Position numbers and translations under genes: made by a program | Assembly: GCF_006345805.1 (NCBI RefSeq) | Contig: NW_021830011.1 | Location: 1 to 5,431 of the forward strand | Length of the DNA: 5,431 bases | Source of the DNA: Octopus sinensis | Lineage: Eukaryota | Reading direction: 5' to 3' | Part shown: positions 1 to 5,431 of the stretch, piece by piece | Layout: every line of letters starts with the position of its first letter | How positions within the stretch are numbered: the first letter of the stretch is position 1 | Notes under the pieces: model-generated | Seen by the model: the letters and a program-made list of their open reading frames with translations, nothing else | Database searches by the model: none | Told to the model about the DNA's origin: nothing

Positions 1-18
1 CTAAGCCATGTGCCTCCA

Positions 19-27
19 CAGGTACGT
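19..27 (+). other. Candidate 5' splice donor CAG|GTACGT
   Basis: It is close to the MAG|GTRAGT consensus. This is a motif match only. Confidence 0.3.
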
Positions 28-341
28 GAAAGTTGTAGAGTAGATAACTAGCAGCCACGATTGTCCGCATCCCTCTTAGTGGCTTCATCGCTTGTTGATG
101 TGCTGCGTGGTGAGGATCGCTTTTTCATTGATTATTAATCACTGAATCCTCTTCGAACCACAGACGGCGAATATTTCTCGGTGTTAGATGAGACATCACA
201 CATTAGCGACAATGAAATAGTGTGACTTTCGTAGGTTCTAGTGTAAGGAAAGTTTAGTGTAAATGGAAGTCTTTGTGATTCTCTGACCTCCTCGATGGAT
301 GCAAGAAGCATTCATTTCTGCTGCCGACTGCATAAGCACCT

Positions 342-753
342 AGAACAATTAGCGAAAAAGAAAAAAGGCGCCGAGCTGGCAGAAACATTAGCACGCCGGG
401 CGAAATGCATAGCCGTATTTCGTCTGCCGCTACGTTCTGAGTTCAAATTCCGACGAGGTCGACTTTGTCTTTCATCCTTTCGGGGTCGATAAATTAAGTA
501 CCAGTTACGCTCTGGGGTCGATATAATCGACTTGATCCGTTTGTCTGTCCTTGTTTGTCCTCTCTGTGTTTAGCTCCTTGTGGGTAGTAAAGAAATTGGT
601 ATTTCGTCTGTCTCTACGTTCTGAGTTCAAATTCCGCCGAGGTCGACTTTGCCTTTCATCCTTTCGGGGTCAATAAATTAAGTACCAGTTACGTACTGGA
701 GTCGATATAATCGACTTAATCAGTTTAATAAAGAAATAAGAACAATTAGCGAA
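342..753 (+). repeat. 15-bp target-site duplication of SINE A (342-356 and 739-753)
   Basis: AGAACAATTAGCGAA is identical at both positions and brackets the element. A 10-nt A-rich spacer (357-366) precedes the SINE head. Confidence 0.92.
367..738 (+). mobile_element. tRNA-derived SINE (family A, octopus-type) with partial internal tandem duplication
   Basis: The head GGCGCCGAGCTGGCAGAAACATTAGC has an A-box-like TGGCAGAAACATTAG (377-391). B-box-like GAGTTCAAATTCC occurs at 439-451 and again at 623-635. Segment 415-537 is repeated at 599-721 (9 mismatches in 123 nt, no indels). The A-rich end is TAATAAAGAAATA, and the element is flanked by the direct repeat AGAACAATTAGCGAA. Family recognition is from memory of octopus repeats. 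Confidence 0.88.
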
Positions 754-790
754 TGTGGGGTACAATCTAGTAAGTCATACTTGCTTATGA

Positions 791-865
791 GTGACGGCTA
801 TAGTGATGGTGATGGAGGCGATGATAGTGGTGGTGGTTGTAGTAGTAGTTAGTAGTAGTTGTAGT
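791..865. repeat. Degenerate trinucleotide repeat (GTG/GTA/GAT)
   Basis: GTGATGGTGATGGAGGCGATGATAGTGGTGGTGGTTGTAGTAGTAGTTAGTAGTAGTTGTAGTGATGG. Confidence 0.8.
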
Positions 866-1082
866 GATGGTAGTGTCCTTTCTGCTGTTATCTCCTTTTT
901 TATGTTATCCAATCAGATGCCGTTATTACGTCGTTGTCGTTTCTTTCTTTTTTTCCTCTTTTTTTTAACGTTTTACTTTCACTTTCACTGTGAATCACGT
1001 GATCACTGATCAGATAAGGATAGCAAGTCAAAACGACAGTTACGTTGAAGAGTGATCGCTGGAAATGGAAATGGAATGGATT

Positions 1083-1116
1083 GGGGGTGGGGTGGGATCG
1101 GAGCAGAGGGGGGGGG
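1083..1116 (+). other. Putative G-quadruplex-forming motif
   Basis: G5-T-G4-T-G3-(11 nt)-G9, preceded by GGAAATGGAAATGGAATGGA (1061-1080). Confidence 0.55.
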
Positions 1117-1273
1117 CGGTAATGTTATGGAATTCTTCGAGAATGTACCGAGTGATTCGATCGATAACAAGCTTAAAGCTAAATTTCTTCCGATTTAGAT
1201 TCTCCATATTCGAAAAACGGTTGATTCCTTTCATTCGCAATGTCTTCATGACATCTTTCAAATTGTAGCCGTC

Positions 1274-1511
1274 GTGCAGGCGTGGGCGTGGCTGTGTGAT
1301 AAGAAAATTGCGTTCCAACCGCATGGTTTCGGGTTCAGTCCCATGGCGTAGCACCTTGGGCAAGTGTCTTCAACTATAGCCTCGCGCCGATCAAAGCTTT
1401 GTGAGTGAATTTGGTGGCGGAAACTAAAGGAAACCTTTCGTACATGTGTGTGCGTGTGTATGAGTGTGTGTGTGTCCCACCATCGCTTGACAACCAGCGT
1501 CGGTGTGTCTT
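1274..1511 (+). mobile_element. tRNA-derived SINE (family B, CORE-like central domain), 5' part
   Basis: It has an A-box-like TGGCTGTGTGATAAG (1289-1303) and a B-box-like GGGTTCAGTCCC (1331-1342). GCACCTTGGGCAAGTGTCTT resembles the CCTTGGGCAAGT start of the CORE domain. An internal TG repeat lies at 1445-1475. The central part is homologous to the reverse complement of 3315-3395 and to 2359-2454. Confidence 0.88.
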
Positions 1512-2094
1512 CATCATCATCATTGTTCGACCGTGGTCGAGACAATGGTATTTACCATGCTACGCCAGACTTCACGGTCCATCATGGCATTACGGAGGCC
1601 CTGTTGCTGGATGCCTGTATCCCTGGAGATTACATCAGGGTAGGAGAGTGTGCGCCCTCTGGTATTGCGAGTAGATGGCTTCCAGAGGAGAAGAGTAGAA
1701 ATTACCTCTTTTTCAGCTCTACAACAATGTCCAGCAAACTGGACTCTCCTACCTTTCACGAGAGATGACACAGGTGGTAGTTTCCCATATATTTGCATTT
1801 TGGTTGGATGACGCTTCTACGAGAGATTTTGAGCTCTCATAAGGAGGCGAGTGTAGGTTCCATCCAACCGCTTCTCAAGCTTCTTTGATAACGTCCATGG
1901 TTTCTGAGCCATATAGTAGAATTGGTTCGACTGTGGCTTTGAAGATTTCAAGTTTGAAGTCTCTACTTAGATTTGATGACCAGATCTTTTGCATGTCATT
2001 ACAGGCTGACCAGGACATACCCTTTCTAGTTAGAAAATCTTTTCCAGATGATGATATGTATGACCCAAGATATTTGTAATCAGAAACCAGAAAC
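1512..2094 (-). mobile_element. 5'-truncated non-LTR retrotransposon, RTE-like (C-terminal RT/thumb region and tail)
   Basis: The minus-strand translation reads DYKYLGSYISSSGKDFLTRKGMSWSACNDMQKIWSSNLSRDFKLEIFKATVEPILLYGSET/WTLSKKLEKRLDGTYTRLLMRAQNLS*KRHPTKMQIYGKLPPVSSLVKGRRVQFAGHCCRAE...DREVWRSMVNTIVSTTVEQ*. KYLG, LLYGSETW and GHxxR are typical LINE RT C-terminal motifs. The stop codon runs directly into a (TGA)n tail (1512-1523), and there is an 11-bp TSD. A short tandem-repeat tail with almost no 3' UTR is characteristic of the RTE clade. Confidence 0.92.
1520..2093 (-). pseudogene. Disabled LINE reverse-transcriptase ORF fragment
   Basis: A +1 frameshift at ~1898-1900 (GAAACCATGG where GAA ACA TGG is expected) joins the supplied ORFs 1875..2249 and 1520..1798. 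There is an in-frame TAG at 1817-1819, probably a former TGG (Trp). Confidence 0.88.
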
Positions 2095-2265
2095 CGGTGT
2101 GTCTTACATCCCCGTAAATTAGCGGTTGGGCAAAAGAAATCGATAGAGTAAGTACCAGGCGCAAAAATATAAGGCCCGCAGTCGATCCATTCCGCAAACA
2201 TTCTTGAAGGGGGCGCCCCAGCCTGGCTGCAGTCTGATGAATAAAGCAAGTAAAAGATAAAAGAT
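2095..2265 (+). mobile_element. SINE family B, 3' part and tail
   Basis: ACATCCCCGTAAATTAGCGGTTGGGCAAAAGAAATCGATAGAGTAAGTACCAGGC aligns with the reverse complement of ~2790-2845. The element ends in (TAAAAGA)2T at 2251-2265. Confidence 0.88.
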
Positions 2266-2358
2266 GGGAGGAATCCTTAGGGGCCTGTCATGAGACCTAA
2301 GGACCCTTAAAGCCGGATTTTAGTCTGGTGTCCGTGGCATATAAGCGCCCAGATTACA

Positions 2359-2454
2359 GCACTCTCTGAGGCAAGAGACTTCTGATATGGGCCCCGTGCC
2401 AACCGATGCCTTGTGAGCGAATTTGATAAACGGAAACTGTGTGGAAGCCTGTCG
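2359..2454 (+). mobile_element. Diverged central-domain fragment of SINE family B
   Basis: CAAGAGACTTCTGATATGGGCCCCGTGCCAACCGATGCCTTGTGAGCGAATTTGATAAACGGAAACTGTGTGGAAGCCTGTCG aligns by eye at roughly 75% to the reverse complement of 3315-3395. It is followed by (TA)n, as in the inverted copy. Confidence 0.75.
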
Positions 2455-2455
2455 C

Positions 2456-2475
2456 AAATATATATACATACGCTA

Positions 2476-2517
<42 letters not shown>

Positions 2518-2740
2518 TCAATTCATATATGTATATGTGTAAATAAATATATATATATATCTATATATATAGATATAGAGAGAGAGAGAGAGAGAAAGAG
2601 AGATAGGTCGAACGAGAGAGAGACAGACAGATAGATACATATATGTATATATATGTGTGTGTGTGTATATATATATATATATAATACATATATACATGCA
2701 CATATATATACATATGTATACACACACACAAACACACACA
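2456..2740. repeat. Compound microsatellite (TA)n/(GA)n/(GACA,GATA)/(TG)n/(CA)n
   Basis: Read directly from the sequence. Confidence 0.95.
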
Positions 2741-2883
2741 CACCGCCCTTAGTCGAGCAAATCGATCCCATAGCTTATTCTTTGTAAGCCTAGTACTTAT
2801 TCTATTGGTCTCTTTTGCCGAACTGTTAAGTTACGGGGACGTAAATCAGCATCGGTTATCAAGAGATGTTGGGTGGGGGGGGG
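2741..2883 (-). mobile_element. SINE family B, 3' half (tail missing), antisense
   Basis: The reverse complement reads CCCCACCCAACATCTCTTGATAACCGATGCTGATTTACGTCCCCGTAACTTAACAGTTCGGCAAAAGAGACCAATAGAATAAGTACTAGGC...GGCGGTG. This is homologous to 1476-1511 plus 2106-2215. Confidence 0.88.
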
Positions 2884-2884
2884 C

Positions 2885-2903
2885 AAACACAGACACACAA
2901 ACA

Positions 2904-2935
<32 letters not shown>

Positions 2936-2968
2936 TACACACACACACACACACACACCACACACAAC

Positions 2969-3012
<44 letters not shown>
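2885..3012. repeat. (CA)n-(TA)9-(TG)13 compound microsatellite
   Basis: Read directly. The arrangement is self-complementary around 2968-2987. Confidence 0.95.
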
Positions 3013-3120
3013 CAAAATTTGTGAAGCATGACTGTCATCACAACTACATGAACCTGAAGATTGCAGAATTTAATGCATGAAAGTACTAGTTCAATCAGAA
3101 TGAACATTTAACATTCTACT

Positions 3121-3141
3121 ATTTTATTTTATTTTATTTTA
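3121..3141. repeat. (ATTTT)4 pentanucleotide repeat
   Basis: ATTTTATTTTATTTTATTTTA. Confidence 0.85.
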
Positions 3142-3235
3142 TTATATTATCTTATATCATTATAAGATTGTAAATAAAACGTGAGAATCAGACAAGGTTG
3201 GAATTCCTTTTATTAATATATTGTTTATACACAAT

Positions 3236-3246
3236 CACACACACCC

Positions 3247-3311
<65 letters not shown>

Positions 3312-3315
3312 TATA
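3236..3315. repeat. Short (CA)n followed by long interrupted (TA)n
   Basis: Read directly. It abuts the SINE core at 3315. Confidence 0.95.
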
Positions 3316-3395
3316 CGACGGGCTTCTTTCAGTTCTGTCTACCAAATCCACTCACAAGGCTTTGGTCGGCCCGCGGCTATAGCAGAAGACACTTG
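3315..3395 (-). mobile_element. SINE family B central domain (tRNA head missing), antisense
   Basis: ACGACGGGCTTCTTTCAGTTCTGTCTACCAAATCCACTCACAAGGCTTTGGTCGGCCCGCGGCTATAGCAGAAGACACTTG is the reverse-complement homologue of ~1361-1442. Confidence 0.9.
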
Positions 3396-3463
3396 ATCAC
3401 TGCAGGTTGTACGGCAGAGGCTGAGAACGCTCGTATGTCGTCTTCAGCGGGAGAATCCATCAC

Positions 3464-3598
3464 ATATATATATATTTATATATGTATGTGTGTATGTATT
3501 TATGTGTATGTATGTATGTATGTATGTATGTATGTATGTATGTATGTATGTATTTGTATAAATCTATATGTTTATATATGTGTTTATATGTATATATA

Positions 3599-3636
<38 letters not shown>
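3464..3636. repeat. (TA)n/(TATG)11/(TG)/(TA)15 compound microsatellite
   Basis: Perfect TATG run at 3507-3550 and TA run at 3607-3636. Confidence 0.95.
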
Positions 3637-3639
<3 letters not shown>

Positions 3640-3675
3640 TTGCTTCAGTGATTGGACGACCTATAAACTCTGACC

Positions 3676-3729
3676 CTTCTCTCTTTCTCTATCTCTCTCT
3701 CTCTCTCTGTCGCTCTCCCTCTCTCTCTC
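3676..3729. repeat. (CT)n polypyrimidine repeat
   Basis: Read directly from the sequence. Confidence 0.9.
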
Positions 3730-3846
3730 ATGAAGCGGAACTGAAAATGGGTCAAGCGGAAGTAGTGTGAACAATTTTTCCGATTTCCGACAGAGTCTTC
3801 TCTTCAGGGAAGAAACCTTGTTTTATTTTCAACATATTTTCGCGAC

Positions 3847-4228
3847 TTGTTTTTCTTGTTATTATTATTATTATTGTTCTTTTCCTATAGTTTTCTTGTA
3901 ATTTTTACCGTTTTTCTTTTACTTGACTTTATTTTTGAGAACTTTTTCCTTCTCTTTTTTTTTTATTTTTTTCAAATCTGCACTTTTTCAAGTTTGAAGT
4001 TTGTTGTTGTTGTTATTGCTGCTGTTTGCAGTTATTATTGTTTTTTTATTGTTCTGTTGTTTACATTGTGGTTTTTATTGATGTTGGTATTGTTGTTATT
4101 GCTGTTATTGTCGTTGTTGTTGTTGTTCGTGTTGTTGCCAATGTTGATGTTGTTACAGATGTTGATATTCTCGTTCTTATTACCTTTGACGTCAATGTTG
4201 ATATTATTGCCCTTATTATTGTTTTGCT
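3847..4228. repeat. T-rich low-complexity DNA with (TTA)n and a decayed (GTT)n array
   Basis: (TTA)n at ~3858-3875. GTT/ATT/GCT triplets recur through ~4002-4225. Confidence 0.85.
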
Positions 4229-4272
4229 GTACATATTTAATATATATACATATATACACACATATATATGTA

Positions 4273-4324
<52 letters not shown>

Positions 4325-4480
4325 ACCCACACACACACACATATATATACATATATATATACCCACATATATATATATATACTTATATAAAGACGTATGA
4401 GTGCATGTATATGTGTGTGTATGTATATATATGTTTGTATGTGTGTCTGCGTGTGTTGTTACTCTGTTGTGTTATGTATG
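4229..4480. repeat. (TA)n/(CA)n/(TG)n compound microsatellite
   Basis: Read directly from the sequence. Confidence 0.92.
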
Positions 4481-4531
4481 TGTTGGTGCACATCTATCCT
4501 TTTTTATTCTAATTGTTTTTGTAATTATGTT

Positions 4532-4602
4532 TCTGCTGTTGTTGTTGTTGTTGTTGTCATCCTTACTCATTTTCTTACTGCAGTTGTTTTTGTTATTGCT
4601 GC

Positions 4603-4633
<31 letters not shown>

Positions 4634-4652
4634 AAAGTTGTTGCTGTTATTG
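4532..4652. repeat. (GTT)n/(GCT)n trinucleotide repeats
   Basis: There are two near-perfect GTT runs, at ~4537-4557 and ~4603-4632. Confidence 0.92.
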
Positions 4653-4852
4653 ATTTCCGTGGTGTTAAACTTTTTGTTTTTTGCATACTTTTCTTTTTGA
4701 AATTTTTTTTTTTTTAATATATATTAGTTACCATTTAATTTCTGTTTCTAATTTTTTTCTCTCTCTTTTTGAATCTCACACACTTTCACGGATGTCACCA
4801 ATCGATTAATGATCAATATTACAGGAAAGCATACGTAATATCGTATAGCAAT

Positions 4853-4972
4853 ACACACACACACACACACACGTGTGTGTATATCATGTATGTATGTATG
4901 CACACATATACAAATGCGCATGAACACACACACACACACACACACACCACACACACACACATACACGTACGT
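4853..4972. repeat. (CA)n/(TG)n/(TATG)n microsatellites
   Basis: (AC)10 at 4853-4872 is followed by (GT)4. A second CA tract lies at ~4924-4966. Confidence 0.92.
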
Positions 4973-5300
4973 ACACAAGAAACGATCCGATAAAGGAGTA
5001 ATCAATTTGGACACACAGAAAGTAATTTGTCTGAAGTGGCTGCACGCCTTGAAACTCCATAATAAAAGGCCACTAACCCACTGAAGCCGAGATCGGAAAT
5101 TTTCACAAGATGCAGGTATCTCGACAAGTTTCTGCAATCGAACTGGAGAACACCATCGTCTCCAGATTAGAGGCTTTTTTAGGCTTTTTCCCATTGGATT
5201 AACCCTACCAACCATTGTTAATTCATGTGTAAACTTGATCAGTATACGTTTTCTAACGGACCAAAGGGACACAAGTTTTTATCGTCCATTTTTCTCTAAA

Positions 5301-5431
5301 CTTTTCTTTTCTCATTTTTCTTATATTTCTCTTTCTTTCTAGCATATTCTCAGATAGAAATCGTATTTATTTTGTGTCTGAACGATTGCAGGATAGTATA
5401 CGGCACGCTATAAAAACCACTGTGATTAGTG
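5301..5431 (+). other. Candidate 3' splice acceptor and start of a possible coding exon
   Basis: 37 of 40 bases at 5301-5340 are pyrimidines, followed by AG at 5341-5342. One frame is open to the window end: IFSDRNRIYFVSERLQDSIRHAIKTTVIS. I recognise no protein. Confidence 0.35.

Larger units (their letters stand above)
1501..2105 (+). repeat. 11-bp target-site duplication of the LINE (1501-1511 and 2095-2105)
   Basis: CGGTGTGTCTT is identical on both sides. Removing the LINE and one copy restores contiguous SINE B sequence. Confidence 0.93.

Noticed and set aside
367-455. tRNA gene (also 1274-1345)
   Set aside because: A and B boxes are present, but I could not build a cloverleaf and the sequence continues into SINE body.
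295-492. 65-aa ORF; likewise 1040-1363, 1258-1545, 1405-1674 and 1448-1768
   Set aside because: They run through SINE sequence or are off-frame or antisense readings of the LINE, with no protein features.
415-721. Direct repeats as a CRISPR array or satellite
   Set aside because: There are only two long units, they carry Pol III boxes and a TSD, and the context is eukaryotic.
672-732. Two AATAAA hexamers in SINE A as polyadenylation signals
   Set aside because: One is a CpG-decay product (CGATAAA to CAATAAA) and the other is part of the A-rich tail. There is no evidence of use.
1875-2249. 124-aa minus-strand ORF as a gene
   Set aside because: It is a chimeric artefact. Residues encoded by 2095-2249 are antisense SINE sequence, and only 2093 downward is LINE RT, which then frameshifts.
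2274-2303. Inverted repeat TCCTTAGG/CCTAAGGA
   Set aside because: An 8-bp stem with no TSD or other supporting structure.
3733-3765. Repeated AAGCGGAA (ETS-like) pair
   Set aside because: An 8-bp repeat alone is too weak to call a regulatory site.
2307-4993. Many ORFs rich in YI, CV, HT, LLL, VVV or NNN
   Set aside because: These are translations of di- and trinucleotide microsatellites, which lack stop codons in some frames.
5040-5121. Exon ending at CAG|GTATCT (5113-5121)
   Set aside because: All three upstream frames hit stops within ~50 nt and there is no convincing acceptor.
5143-5190. Hairpin CTGGAGA/TCTCCAG followed by AGGCTTTTT twice, resembling an intrinsic terminator
   Set aside because: A 7-bp stem is expected by chance in 5 kb, the T-run is not adjacent, and the DNA is eukaryotic.
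4748-5272. 174-aa minus-strand ORF
   Set aside because: The C-terminal half is (TG)n translation and the N-terminal half has no recognisable motif.

Overview
This is eukaryotic, microsatellite-dense, repeat-rich DNA. The SINE sequences and the (TA)n/(CA)n/(GTT)n landscape match what I recall of Octopus genomes; that assignment is from memory, not a search. There is no intact gene and no prokaryotic-type system. Best-supported content: (1) a tRNA-derived SINE with an internal 184-bp-period duplication, flanked by a perfect 15-bp target-site duplication (TSD) at 342-356/739-753; (2) a second tRNA-derived SINE family copy (+, ~1274-2265) split by a 5'-truncated, antisense, pseudogenised RTE-like LINE (1512-2094) with a perfect 11-bp TSD; (3) a diverged core fragment of that second family (2359-2454); (4) an inverted copy of the second family whose two halves (2741-2883, 3315-3395) are separated by microsatellites and ~225 bp of unique DNA; (5) many simple repeats. 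Splice-like signals at both ends suggest, speculatively, that the window is mostly one + strand intron. Apart from the two LINE-derived ORFs, the supplied ORFs are low-complexity or chance frames. I see informative transposon nesting but no convincing previously undescribed biological system.
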